A stretch of 64,000 nucleotides of DNA from an uncultured Actinomycetes bacterium (GTDB lineage: Bacteria; Actinomycetota; Thermoleophilia; Gaiellales; Gaiellaceae), in NCBI GenBank assembly GCA_963758605.1, contig CAVWWI010000007.1, forward strand, positions 184,593 to 248,592, in the 5' to 3' direction. Position 1 is the first letter of the stretch, and every line of letters starts with the position of its first letter. The translations under genes were made by a program, and so were the position numbers. Shown here in pieces: positions 19,921 through 29,177 of this stretch. The notes below the pieces were generated by a model. That model saw only the letters and a program-made list of their open reading frames with translations, did not search any database and was not told the DNA's origin.

Positions 19921-20861
19921 AGGAGCACCTCGATCTCATCGACCGTTGGCATGTCGTCGGCACACCCGAGGCGCGATGCCACGAGTGCACCCGCTGCGTT
20001 CGCGAAGCGGAGCGTCTGCTCGAGCTCCCAGCCGGCGAGCAAGCCGTGGCAGAGAGCGCCTCCGAACGCGTCTCCGGCGCCGAGGCCGTTCAGGACCTCG
20101 ACCTCGAATCCCGGCACGCGCACACTCTCGGTGGCCGTCGCGGCGAGTACGCCGTCGGCTCCGAGCTTCACGACCGCAAGCTCGAGCCCGAGCTCGAGCA
20201 ATCCGGCCGCGGCCTCGACTGGCTCACGTACGCCGACGACCACGGCCGCTTCCTCCGCGTTGCCCACGGCGATCGTCGCGTACTCGAGCGCTTCCCGGTA
20301 GACGGGCGCCGCCTCTTCTCGCGACGGCCATAGCACCTCCCGGAAGTCGAGATCGAGCACGGTGTGCCTGCGGCCTCCTCGCACGCGCAACGCCTCGAGC
20401 GTCGCCGAGCAGCTGGGCTCGGCCGAGAGCCCCGTGCCCGTCGCCCAGAAGACGGACGCCGCGGCGATCTCGTCACGAGGGAGCTCACCGGTCTCGAGCG
20501 TGAGGTCGGGGGCCGTCGGCTCGCGGTAGAAGAGGAGCGGAAACTCGTGAGGCGGGTGGATCTCGCAGAAGGCGAGAGGCGTGCGCAGGGTCGGATGCGT
20601 GCCGACGTACGCCACGTCGACACCGAAGCCGTCGAGCGCACGGCGGACGTAGTCGCCGAAGCCGTCCGCACCGACCTTGGTCACCACAGCCGAGCGCCGG
20701 CCGAGTCGAGCCGCCGCGACGGCGACGTTGGTCGGGCTGCCGCCGAGCATCTTCCTGAAGCTCCGGACGTCGGCCAGCGTCACGCCCACCTGCTCGGGGT
20801 ACAGGTCGACGCTCACGCGGCCCATGGTGAAGATCTCGAAGCCGCGCGTGGGCTCAGTCAC
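19908..20861 (-). CDS. PfkB-family sugar kinase (IolC / 2-keto-3-deoxygluconate-kinase-like)
   Basis: ORF 19908..20861, GTG start. N-terminus MGRVSVDLYPEQ...GGSPTNVAVAAARLG and C-terminal GAGDAFGGAL motif. Confidence 0.85.
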   Translation of the reverse strand: MTEPTRGFEIFTMGRVSVDLYPEQVGVTLADVRSFRKMLGGSPTNVAVAAARLGRRSAVVTKVGADGFGDYVRRALDGFGVDVAYVGTHPTLRTPLAFCEIHPPHEFPLLFYREPTAPDLTLETGELPRDEIAAASVFWATGTGLSAEPSCSATLEALRVRGGRRHTVLDLDFREVLWPSREEAAPVYREALEYATIAVGNAEEAAVVVGVREPVEAAAGLLELGLELAVVKLGADGVLAATATESVRVPGFEVEVLNGLGAGDAFGGALCHGLLAGWELEQTLRFANAAGALVASRLGCADDMPTVDEIEVLLCAA

Positions 20862-21849
20862 TTCGCGTCGCGCGTGCGTAGATCGCGGTGAGCACGATGA
20901 TGATCGAGCCGTAGATCACCTGGCGCTCCCACTCTTCGGCATCGAGCAGCGTCAGGAGCGAACCGAGCACCGTGAGGATGAGCACGCCCAGGATCGTTCC
21001 GCCGTAGCCGCCCCAGCCGCCGAGGATCGAGGTGCCCCCGATCACGACCGCTGCGACCGACGGCAGCAGATACGGAGTTGCGAGGCTGAGATCGGGGTTG
21101 TTCGTGAAGCCGAGCAGAAGCAGCCCGCCGAGCGCCGCAAGCAGGCCACAGAGCGCATAGACGACGACGAGCACCTGCCAGACGCGAACACCCGCGAGTC
21201 GCGAGGCGACGGGGTTGTCGCCGACCGCGTACAGCATCCTCCCGTAGCCGCTGTAGCTCAGCCCCAGGATGAGGACCGCGGCCACGGCGGCCCACAGCAG
21301 GGTGTTCGCCGGCAGGTAGTCGAAGAACCGCTCCCGCCCGAGGGTCGTCACCACGTCCGGAATCGCCTTGTCGAACGCCTTTCCGGCGTAGATCGAGAGG
21401 AGCCCGAAGATCACGGACGAGGTGCCCAGCGTCATCACGAGTGGGTTGACCCGGAAGATCCCGACCCCGATGCCGTTGGCGAAGCCGATGCCGAGGCCGA
21501 CGAGGACGCCCGCCAGGATGCCCGCGAAGGTGCCGTTGGTTCCCTGCCACGAGATCGCGAACGCCGCGGCCGTCGCGGTGTAGGCGACCGAGAGATCCAC
21601 GCCGCCGGTCAGCATCACGAGCGTCTGTCCGCCGGCGAGCATGGCGAGCGGGGCCGCGACGAGCAGGGTCGTCGAGATCTGGTTCCACGTTATGAACGGC
21701 TCCCCGACCTGTTGGCGGTTGACGAGCTCGGTGACGACGAAGAGCGCGACCAGGACGAGGACGAGGATGATGACCGGGTTGTCCGTGAGGACGCGCTGGA
21801 GCTCGCGCAGGCGGCTCGGCGCATCGGCAGCCTCGGACGCCACGGTCAT
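20854..21849 (-). CDS. Monosaccharide (CUT2-type) ABC transporter permease
   Basis: ATG at 21849, internal to ORF 20854..22770 (ATGA overlap). GGVDLSVAY, AVGDNPVASRLAGV motifs. Confidence 0.85.
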   Translation of the reverse strand: MTVASEAADAPSRLRELQRVLTDNPVIILVLVLVALFVVTELVNRQQVGEPFITWNQISTTLLVAAPLAMLAGGQTLVMLTGGVDLSVAYTATAAAFAISWQGTNGTFAGILAGVLVGLGIGFANGIGVGIFRVNPLVMTLGTSSVIFGLLSIYAGKAFDKAIPDVVTTLGRERFFDYLPANTLLWAAVAAVLILGLSYSGYGRMLYAVGDNPVASRLAGVRVWQVLVVVYALCGLLAALGGLLLLGFTNNPDLSLATPYLLPSVAAVVIGGTSILGGWGGYGGTILGVLILTVLGSLLTLLDAEEWERQVIYGSIIIVLTAIYARATRSD

Positions 21850-22847
21850 CGGTGGGTCTTCCTGCTCAGCAGCCCGCCCAGGACGACGACGAAAATGATC
21901 AGGAGCCCCTGGTAGACCGCCGCGTAGTTCGGGTCCGTCCCCCGGATCAGGAGAATCGTCTTGGACATCGTGAGGATGTAGGCCGCCGCGATGGGCCCGA
22001 TCAGGCCGCCCACGCCTCCCAGCAGCGAGACGCCTCCGAGCACCACCGCGGCGACACTGTTGAGGGTGTAGATCGAGCCCGAGTTCGGGTCGCCGATGCC
22101 CGAGGTAGCAGTCAGCGCCAGCCCGGCGAGCCCTGCGAAGACGCCTCCGAGCAGGTACGCGCCCACGCGCGTTCGCGCCACTCCGATCCCGCTCAGGTAC
22201 GCGGCGTTCCGGTTGGAGCCGACGGCATAGATCGAGAGCCCCGGACGAAGCCAGCGGATCGGCAGCCAGAGGACCGCGAACGCCACGAGGACGATCACCG
22301 CCGCACCGGGTATCTGCGTCGACCCGATCGAGCCGAGGGCGAGGTCGTAGAACTGCTGCGGCGCGCCGCCGCCCGGGATCTCCATCACCCAGAGCCCGAC
22401 GCCGTACCAGACGAACAGCATGCCGAGCGTGACCACGATGTCCGGAATGCGCGTGAAGGTGATGACGAGCCCGGTGAACGCGCCGGCGAGCGCCGAGAGC
22501 AGGAGGATCACGAGCGAGAAGAGGAGCGCGTCGCGAAAGCTCATCCCGATCATGTGCTTCGCCGAGAGGACGTTCATGAGGCCCATGAGCGAGCCGACGG
22601 AGAGGTCGATGCCGCCGGAGATCACGACGACCGCCTGGGCCATCGCCGCGAAGCAGAGCGGAAGCGCGTCGATCGCGACGGCCTGGATGTCGAACTCGAA
22701 CGACTGCTGCGAGAGGGACCGCCAGTACGGAACCATCGCGAGCAGGACGAGCCACACGCCGACCGTCCACCCGTGCAGGCGCAGGTTCCTCCGCCAGGCC
22801 GGGACGCCGTGGTACTCGTGCAGCGTGGCCGCGGTGGTGCTGGTCAC
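21846..22847 (-). CDS. Monosaccharide (CUT2-type) ABC transporter permease
   Basis: GTG at 22847, internal to ORF 21846..23096 (GTGA overlap). GGIDLSVGS, AVGSNRNAAYLSGI motifs. Confidence 0.85.
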   Translation of the reverse strand: MTSTTAATLHEYHGVPAWRRNLRLHGWTVGVWLVLLAMVPYWRSLSQQSFEFDIQAVAIDALPLCFAAMAQAVVVISGGIDLSVGSLMGLMNVLSAKHMIGMSFRDALLFSLVILLLSALAGAFTGLVITFTRIPDIVVTLGMLFVWYGVGLWVMEIPGGGAPQQFYDLALGSIGSTQIPGAAVIVLVAFAVLWLPIRWLRPGLSIYAVGSNRNAAYLSGIGVARTRVGAYLLGGVFAGLAGLALTATSGIGDPNSGSIYTLNSVAAVVLGGVSLLGGVGGLIGPIAAAYILTMSKTILLIRGTDPNYAAVYQGLLIIFVVVLGGLLSRKTHR

Positions 22848-24361
22848 GCGGCCTCTCCTTCGAGGTCGAGCCCGTGCATGGCCTGGAGCAGCGTCGCCTC
22901 GTCCGCGGCCGCCCCTGGCAGCTCGGCCGTCACGCGACCCGCGTAGAGGGTGATGACGCGGTCGGAGACGAACGGGAGCTCGCTGAGCTCCGAGCTGAAG
23001 AAGAGGATCGCCGCCCCTTTCTCGGCAAGGTCGCGCAGCAGTCCGTAGACCTGACGCTTCGTCCCGACGTCGATTCCGCGCGTGGGGTCGTTGCACAAGA
23101 GCACGGTGAACCCCGACGCGAGCCAGCGGGCGATGGTGACCTTCTGCTGGTTTCCGCCAGAGAGCCGCCGCACCTGGCGCCCGGCACGCATGTCGATCTG
23201 GAGCGCGTCCACGGCGTCCCGCACCTTCCGTGTCTCGTCCCGGAGGTTGATCGGGCCCCAGCGGAGTGGTGAGTTGTACCGGGGCGCCGCAACGTTCTCG
23301 CGAACCGACCTTTGCGGCAGGAGCGCGAGCAGCCGGTCGGGAGGCACGAGCACCATGCCCCGGCGGATCGCGTCGAACGGGTGCCTGGCGCGAAGCGGCT
23401 TCCCGCGGAGCCGGATCTCGCCGCCCTCCGGCTTGCGCTGGCCGGCAAGGGCTTCGAACAGCTCGTCCTGGCCCTGGCCCTCGAGCGCGGCGATGCCGAG
23501 GACCTCGCCGGGGCGGAGCACGAACGAGACTCCCTGCACCGGGCCGAGCCGCAGGTCGTCGGCTTCGAGCACCGGCTCGGCCGCCTCGGTCGCGACGGCG
23601 GGTGCCTCCGTGACGGCGTCCTCCTCGGACAGCTCTGCGGCACGCGCTTCCGCCCGCGCGACCTCGGGCCCGAGCATGATCTCGACGATCCTCGCCTCTC
23701 CCCCCTCCTGCGGGACCATGGTCGCGACGTTCACGCCGTCGCGCAGGATCGTCGCCCGGTCGCAGGTGTCGATCACCTCACCGAGGCGATGCGTGATGAA
23801 GAGAACGCTGCGCCCGCGCTCGCGCCAGTCGCGCATCACGGCGAACACCCGCTCCGCAAGATCGGACGGCAGCGCCGCCGTGATCTCGTCGAGGATCAGG
23901 AGCTGCGGGTCCTGAGCGAGCGCTCGGGCGAGATCGAGCATCCGGAGCGTCGGGAGCGGAAGGTCGTCGACGAGCTCTCGGAGATCGAGCTGCAGCCCCA
24001 TCGACGTGAGGTTCGTGCGGACCGCGTCGACCGACGTACCTGTCAAGCGCAGGTTCCGGGCGACCGAGAGATCGGGCACGAGCGCCGGGTCCTGGAACAC
24101 CGGCGAGAGCCCGAGCCGCGCCGCCTGTCGCGGCGAGCTCGGACGAACCGCCTTTCCCGAGACGGCGATGGTGCCCGCGTCGGACCGAATCACCCCGGAG
24201 AGCGCCTTGACGAGGGTGCTCTTCCCCGCGCCGTTGGCGCCGAGCAGCGCGTGCACCTCCCCCGGCGCAATGACGAGGTCGGCGGAGCGAAGCGCGACGA
24301 CCGCCCCGTACTGCTTCGCGATCCCACGGGCTTCGAGGAGCGGTGTCTCGTCGCCGCTCAT
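22844..24361 (-). CDS. Sugar ABC transporter ATP-binding protein with duplicated ABC domains (RbsA/MglA-like)
   Basis: ATG at 24361, internal to ORF 22844..24517. GANGAGKST, LILDEITAAL, second-half LSGGNQQK, LLCNDPTRGIDVG. Confidence 0.9.
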   Translation of the reverse strand: MSGDETPLLEARGIAKQYGAVVALRSADLVIAPGEVHALLGANGAGKSTLVKALSGVIRSDAGTIAVSGKAVRPSSPRQAARLGLSPVFQDPALVPDLSVARNLRLTGTSVDAVRTNLTSMGLQLDLRELVDDLPLPTLRMLDLARALAQDPQLLILDEITAALPSDLAERVFAVMRDWRERGRSVLFITHRLGEVIDTCDRATILRDGVNVATMVPQEGGEARIVEIMLGPEVARAEARAAELSEEDAVTEAPAVATEAAEPVLEADDLRLGPVQGVSFVLRPGEVLGIAALEGQGQDELFEALAGQRKPEGGEIRLRGKPLRARHPFDAIRRGMVLVPPDRLLALLPQRSVRENVAAPRYNSPLRWGPINLRDETRKVRDAVDALQIDMRAGRQVRRLSGGNQQKVTIARWLASGFTVLLCNDPTRGIDVGTKRQVYGLLRDLAEKGAAILFFSSELSELPFVSDRVITLYAGRVTAELPGAAADEATLLQAMHGLDLEGEAA

Positions 24362-24422
24362 GTCGGTCGTAAAGCGGCGGAGGGGGCGGATAGCCGCCCC
24401 CTCCGCGAGTCGTACCGTGGGG

Positions 24423-25478
24423 CTACGGCCCCTTGCACGCCGCGTACTGCTTGAGCGTGTAGGTCGTCCACGGCGCGATCTGGAGCTGCGCGCTCGCGTC
24501 CGCAGGAGCCCCCGCACGGGCGTACTTGTTGATCGATGCCTTGTCCTGCGGCCAGGTCCAGACGTCCGGGCTCAGCTTGATCCACTTCGGGACCCTCTGG
24601 CCGTCGAGCAGGCGGATCGCCTGAGCCGCTCCGACGCCCCCGATCGAGGACGGGTTGGTCACGGCAGCACCCTGGAACGACGGGAACCGGCTCTTGAGCT
24701 GCCGCACGAACCCGTAGTTGTCGGCACCCACTACCGGCACGTAGTCCTTGCCGGCGGTCTTGAAGGCGTCGACGACCGTGTAGTCGATTCCCGACGTCCA
24801 CACTCCGTCGACCTGCGTGCCGGAGTTCAGGATGTCGAGCATCTGCTTCGCGCCCGGTGCGAACTGCCACCCGGTGAAGACCGACTTCACGACCTTGATG
24901 TTCGGATACGCCTTCAGCGCCTGCTGGAAGCCCTTGTGGCGGTCGGTGTCCGCCGGGACGCCTGCGATGCCGCGCATCTCGACGACGTTGCCCCTGCCGC
25001 CCAGCTTCTTGAAGAGCCAGATCGCCCCGAGTCGCCCGTACGCGACCTGGTCGTTGCTCGCGTTGTAGACGCCCGGCGCACTCACGTACTGGTCGATGAA
25101 GACGACCTGGATCCCCCGCGCCCGCGCCTGAGCGGCAACCGGCTTCAGCGCGGTCGGGCTCGACGGGTTGATGACGATGGCGTCGACGCCCGCGGAGATC
25201 ATCCCGCGGATGTCGGAGATCTGGCCGGCCGTGTCAGTGGCACGGTGGGCGATCCGGAGCGAGTCGACCTTGCCGCTCGCAAGGGCCTGTGCCTTGAACG
25301 CGCACAGCTGCCCCTCGCGCCACCCGTTACCCACGAGTGTGTTCGAGAGGCCGAGCGTATATCCGTCCTGGCTCTTGCTCGCCTGGCCCGCGGTCGCCGC
25401 TACCGAAACGGCGAGCGCGGCGACGGCGAGCGTGATGCCGAGTCGCCATGCGCCCCGGCCTCGTTCCTTCCTGACCAT
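24423..25478 (-). CDS. Sugar ABC transporter periplasmic-binding protein (Peripla_BP_4-like)
   Basis: ORF 24423..25478. Signal-like N-terminus AWRLGITLAVAALAVSVAATAGQA, then LGLSNTLVGNGW..., DAIVINPSSP. Confidence 0.85.
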   Translation of the reverse strand: MVRKERGRGAWRLGITLAVAALAVSVAATAGQASKSQDGYTLGLSNTLVGNGWREGQLCAFKAQALASGKVDSLRIAHRATDTAGQISDIRGMISAGVDAIVINPSSPTALKPVAAQARARGIQVVFIDQYVSAPGVYNASNDQVAYGRLGAIWLFKKLGGRGNVVEMRGIAGVPADTDRHKGFQQALKAYPNIKVVKSVFTGWQFAPGAKQMLDILNSGTQVDGVWTSGIDYTVVDAFKTAGKDYVPVVGADNYGFVRQLKSRFPSFQGAAVTNPSSIGGVGAAQAIRLLDGQRVPKWIKLSPDVWTWPQDKASINKYARAGAPADASAQLQIAPWTTYTLKQYAACKGP

Positions 25479-25592
25479 CTATGCATCCCTCCTGTCGAGT
25501 TGAGAACCGGCAGTCACCTTGCTGACCTGCGTGGAACCCTCGCGAACGTCCCCGCCTCCTTTCTCCCTCGACGGTTCGACGAGAGTATGTTC

Positions 25593-26384
25593 CTACACAA
25601 CGCCTGCGCCCCGCAACACGCGCGCAACCCGCCGCGCATGCTCCTCGTAGGCAGCGTCGAAGAGCCGCCTCGATTCCTCTTCGCCCACGATCGCGGCACT
25701 CGTGATGACCGGGGGAAGCGCTCCCTGCTCGGCGAGAAGCTCCGCCGTCCGTACCTTCACCGCGTTCACCAGCGCAACGGCAGCGAGGGTCGACCCAGGC
25801 CCCACGGGCGTCGGTACGCCTGGAAGCGTCGTCAGGGCGTCCGCCGGCGGCGTGCAGAGGTCGAGCACGACGTCCGCGTGGTCGAGCAACCTCGTCCCCG
25901 AGGAGTGCTGCGACTCCCCCGCCAGCGATTGCTCCCGAGACGTGACGACAATGACGGGGAGTCCTCGCGCCCGTGCCTCGGCCGCGACCTCGATGGGCAC
26001 CGCCGTCAGCCCGTTGGCGCTGAAGACCATCATGACGTCGGTCGGCCGGAGCTCGAAGTTCGAGAGGATTACCTCAGCGAGGCCCTCCATGCGCTCGATG
26101 AACATCGCCTGACGCTGGCCGTTGGAGCCGACGACTTCGGTGTGGTACGTCATCGAGAGCTCGACCATCGGGTTGAACCCGGGATAGGAGCCGTAGCGCG
26201 GAAACATCTCCTCGACGGGGATGCGCGAGTGCCCGGTGCCGAACAGGTGCACGAGCCCGCCTCCGCCGATCGCATCCGCGCAGAGCCGACTCGCGGTCTC
26301 CAGCAGCTCGGCCTGCGTCTGCGTGAGCTTGGCGAGAAGCTCCTGCGCCGCTTCGAGCCAAGCCGTTGCCGCTGTCCGGGTCAC
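25593..26384 (-). CDS. SIS-domain protein (UPF0309-like sugar isomerase-domain protein)
   Basis: ORF 25593..26384, GTG start. LVHLFGTGHSRIPVEE, VMMVFSANGLTAVPIE. Confidence 0.7.
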   Translation of the reverse strand: MTRTAATAWLEAAQELLAKLTQTQAELLETASRLCADAIGGGGLVHLFGTGHSRIPVEEMFPRYGSYPGFNPMVELSMTYHTEVVGSNGQRQAMFIERMEGLAEVILSNFELRPTDVMMVFSANGLTAVPIEVAAEARARGLPVIVVTSREQSLAGESQHSSGTRLLDHADVVLDLCTPPADALTTLPGVPTPVGPGSTLAAVALVNAVKVRTAELLAEQGALPPVITSAAIVGEEESRRLFDAAYEEHARRVARVLRGAGVV

Positions 26385-26447
26385 GACCGGAGCGCACAGG
26401 CTTCGGATGAGGGCACTCGAGCTCGAGCGGCGGGTGGCACGGCGAGG

Positions 26448-26468
26448 TTGTCTAGACGATCAGACAGG
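26448..26468. promoter_or_regulatory. Second GTCTAGAC-core operator candidate (TTGTCTAGACGATCAGACAGG)
   Basis: Lies in the 91-bp gap upstream of the SIS/ABC operon start (26384) and downstream of the eda stop (26476). Shares TGTCTAGAC with the 15262-15281 site. Confidence 0.45.
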
Positions 26469-26475
26469 TGCGAAC

Positions 26476-27114
26476 CTACTGCCCTGCCCGACCGCCGTCA
26501 AGCGAATCCCTTCCTCCCTCGTCGGCTCGACGCACAGCGGCAACGAGACCCAGCGCTGCCTCGAGCGGGTCGTCGGCTCCGGTGACCGCCGACCCGGCGG
26601 CGACCGCGACCACACCGGCCTGGATGAATGCCCCCGCGTTCCCGGCGTCGATTCCGCCGGTCGCCAGCAGGGGCACGTCGACGAGCGGTCCGAGGAGATC
26701 GCGGACGTAGCGAGGCCCCAGAGTCGCGGCGGGAAAGAGCTTTACGAGGGCCGCCCCAGCCTTCCACGCGGCAACGATCTCGGTGGGCGTGAAGGCTCCG
26801 GGAATTGCCGGCACTTCGAGCTCGAGACAGCGCTCGACGACCTCCGGCACGAACGTCGGACCCACACACGCCTCCGCGCCCGCAGCCACTGCCCGCTCGA
26901 CATCGTCCGTCGTGAGCACGGTCCCGGCGAGCACGGTGACGTCTCCGCGCCGATGGAGGCGCGCGATCACCTCGTCCGCCTTCGGCGAGTCGAGCGTCAC
27001 CTCGACGACCCCGACTCCTACACGCGTCAATGTCTCGACGAGCCGCTCCGCGTCCGGCACCTTTCGGAGCAGGACGACGAGCCGCTCCGCTCTGATCCGC
27101 TCGATCGCATTCAT
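26476..27114 (-). CDS. eda: KDPG/KHG aldolase (2-dehydro-3-deoxy-phosphogluconate / 4-hydroxy-2-oxoglutarate aldolase)
   Basis: ORF 26476..27114. VEVTLDSP, GAGTVL-like (LAGTVLTTDDV), PGAFTPTEI, VKLFPA, ATGGI motifs. Confidence 0.85.
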   Translation of the reverse strand: MNAIERIRAERLVVLLRKVPDAERLVETLTRVGVGVVEVTLDSPKADEVIARLHRRGDVTVLAGTVLTTDDVERAVAAGAEACVGPTFVPEVVERCLELEVPAIPGAFTPTEIVAAWKAGAALVKLFPAATLGPRYVRDLLGPLVDVPLLATGGIDAGNAGAFIQAGVVAVAAGSAVTGADDPLEAALGLVAAVRRADEGGRDSLDGGRAGQ

Positions 27115-27166
27115 CGGCTCTCCATCCCGTTAAGCTCGCCCTCGGCCGTGCGTTCGGCGGAAGATC

Positions 27167-27880
27167 ATGACTGAAGCTCGGATCGCGTTGATCACGGGAG
27201 CGCTCGGCGGGATCGGCGCCGCAGCCGTGCGCGCCTTCCGGGAGGGGGGCTTCGAGGTCGTCGGCGTCGATCGCGAGCCGGGGGCCGACATCCGGGCGGA
27301 CGTCTCGAGCTCGGAGGGCGCGCGCCACGCTCTCGCGGAGGCGGGACGTCACGGAACCGTCGGAGCCGTCTTCACCGCCCACGGAATCAGTGGCCGCAGT
27401 CTCGGCGACGGGCCCGTGGCGGACTGCACGGAGGAGGGCTGGGACGCCGTCCTCGACGGGAACCTGCGCTCGACGTTCCTCGTCTGCAAGCACGCGGTGC
27501 CGAGGCTCGTCGAAGCCGGCGGGGGTGCGATCGTCACGCTCGGCTCGGTGCTCGGCCTCGTCGGTGGGGACGAGGACTTCGACACGCACGCGTACGCGGC
27601 GAGCAAGGCCGGGATCGTCGGGTTGACGCGGGCGATCGCCGTCCGCTACGCGAGGGACGGCGTTCGCGCGAACGTCGTCGCGCCCGGGCTCATCGCCACG
27701 GAGATGAGCCGGCGAGCACAGGACGATCCGCGCATTCGAGCGCGCCTCCCCGAGCTCCAGCCCCTGACGGGAGACTTCGGGCGCCCCGAGGACGTTGCCG
27801 AGGCAGCTCTCTACCTCGCGCGGGCCGAGTTCGTGACAGGCACCGTTCTCGTCGTCGACGGCGGCTGGACCGGCCGCTGA
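27167..27880 (+). CDS. Short-chain dehydrogenase/reductase (SDR)
   Basis: ORF 27167..27880. ITGALGGIGAA, YAASKAG, C-terminal GTVLVVDGGWT. Confidence 0.85.
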   Translation: MTEARIALITGALGGIGAAAVRAFREGGFEVVGVDREPGADIRADVSSSEGARHALAEAGRHGTVGAVFTAHGISGRSLGDGPVADCTEEGWDAVLDGNLRSTFLVCKHAVPRLVEAGGGAIVTLGSVLGLVGGDEDFDTHAYAASKAGIVGLTRAIAVRYARDGVRANVVAPGLIATEMSRRAQDDPRIRARLPELQPLTGDFGRPEDVAEAALYLARAEFVTGTVLVVDGGWTGR

Positions 27881-27928
27881 GGCCGACGAACCGTACTCTC
27901 GACAGGCCAGCGACCCAAGGAGGAGACG

Positions 27929-29125
27929 TTGACCGGACACAGGGTGACCATGCTGGGAACGGGCCTGATCGGCCTCTTCTACACGATGACGCTGCACGGC
28001 CAGCGCGGGCGCGACCGGGTCCACGTCGTCTACTCGCGCTCGGAGGAGCGAGGAAAGAGCTTCGCAGCGGACTGGGACATCCCGGTGCAGACGACCGACC
28101 TCGAGGAAGCCGTGGCGCATCCCGAGACCGACACCATCGTCGTCGGCCTCCCGAACCATGTGCACGAGGAGGCCATCGCCGCGGCGGCGCGGCACGGAAA
28201 GGCGGTTCTCTGCACCAAGCCGCTGGCGCGCGACGCGGAGGAGGCGAAGCGCATCCTCGACACCGTGGAACGCGCCGGCGTCTTCGCCGGCTACCTCGAG
28301 GACCTCGTCTACACGCCGAAGACGCTCAAAGCCGTGGCCGCCGTCCGGGCCGGCCAGATCGGGCAAGTGACCTGGGCGCGCTCGCGGGAGACGCATCCGG
28401 GACCGCATAGCGCCTGGTTCTGGGACGAGAAGCGGGCGGGAGGCGGCGCGATCGTCGACCTCGGGTGCCACTGCGTCGAGATCATCCGCAGCTTCGTCGG
28501 GAAGGAGAACCGGCCCCTCGAGGTCGTGTGCTGGGCGGACACGCTCGTCCATCCCATCGAGGCCGAGGACAACGCGATCGCCCTCATCCGCTTCGAGACC
28601 GGTGCCATCGGCCAGTTCGAGGTGAGCTGGACGTTTCGAGGCGGCATGGATCTCCGGGACGAGGTGGCGGGCACGGAGGGCACGATCTGGACGAACCACT
28701 TCCTCCGCACGGGCTTCGAGATGTTCTCCTCGGGCGAGGGCGGCGGCTACGTCGCCGAGAAGGCGGAGACCGCCGCCGGCTGGCTCTTCCCGGTCGGAGA
28801 CGAGGTCGCCGAGCTCGGGTACGTCGACATGTTCAAGGACATGTTCAACGCCCTCGACGAAGGCCGAAGCCCCACCGAGACCTTCTACGACGGCTACGTG
28901 GTCAACGCGGTCATGGACGCCTGCTACCGGTCGGCGACGAGCCATGCCTGGGAGCCCGTCGAGCTCGCGGACTGGCGGGGAGCCGGAGTCGAGCCGATCA
29001 CGAGATCGCGCCGGACTCACGACGGCAGGCTCGTGATCAAGGAGGAGAAGATGCCCGACGGGCGCGTGAAGCTGATCCTGAAGGACGAAAGCACGGGCGA
29101 GTTCACGGACGTCGTCTCGACGTAA
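27929..29125 (+). CDS. Gfo/Idh/MocA-family oxidoreductase
   Basis: ORF 27929..29125. TTG start preceded by [26 protein letters not shown], and the C-terminal dimerisation domain. Confidence 0.85.
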   Translation: MTGHRVTMLGTGLIGLFYTMTLHGQRGRDRVHVVYSRSEERGKSFAADWDIPVQTTDLEEAVAHPETDTIVVGLPNHVHEEAIAAAARHGKAVLCTKPLARDAEEAKRILDTVERAGVFAGYLEDLVYTPKTLKAVAAVRAGQIGQVTWARSRETHPGPHSAWFWDEKRAGGGAIVDLGCHCVEIIRSFVGKENRPLEVVCWADTLVHPIEAEDNAIALIRFETGAIGQFEVSWTFRGGMDLRDEVAGTEGTIWTNHFLRTGFEMFSSGEGGGYVAEKAETAAGWLFPVGDEVAELGYVDMFKDMFNALDEGRSPTETFYDGYVVNAVMDACYRSATSHAWEPVELADWRGAGVEPITRSRRTHDGRLVIKEEKMPDGRVKLILKDESTGEFTDVVST

Positions 29126-29177
29126 ACCCGACGCTTTTCGTCGAGCCTGTTGTCCTGGTCAGCGGAGTCGCTGGTCG

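Noticed and set aside
26416-26427. 12-bp perfect palindrome CTCGAGCTCGAG upstream of the SIS operon as an operator.
   Set aside because: It is a single occurrence, GC-rich, with no second copy at the co-regulated 15.2 kb promoter. The GTCTAGAC site 20 nt away is the better-supported candidate. Left unassigned.
24006-29020. Very long ORFs: 24006..26585 (+, 859 aa) and 26498..29020 (-, 840 aa). Similar ones are 18424..20301 (+), 15207..16625 (-), 38549..40399 (+), 60242..61864 (+) and 1758..3062 (+).
   Set aside because: They are antisense or out of frame to genes with clear family signatures. They are Arg/Pro/Gly/Asp-rich low-complexity translations with no recognisable motifs. This is the usual stop-codon-poor artefact of high-GC DNA.
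29116-29145. Hairpin CTCGACG-N16-CGTCGAG (inner CGACG-CTTTT-CGTCG) between convergent genes as an intrinsic terminator.
   Set aside because: The stems are short (5-7 bp), it overlaps the stop codon of the Gfo/Idh/MocA gene, and the T-run lies in the loop rather than after the stem. Too weak to call.
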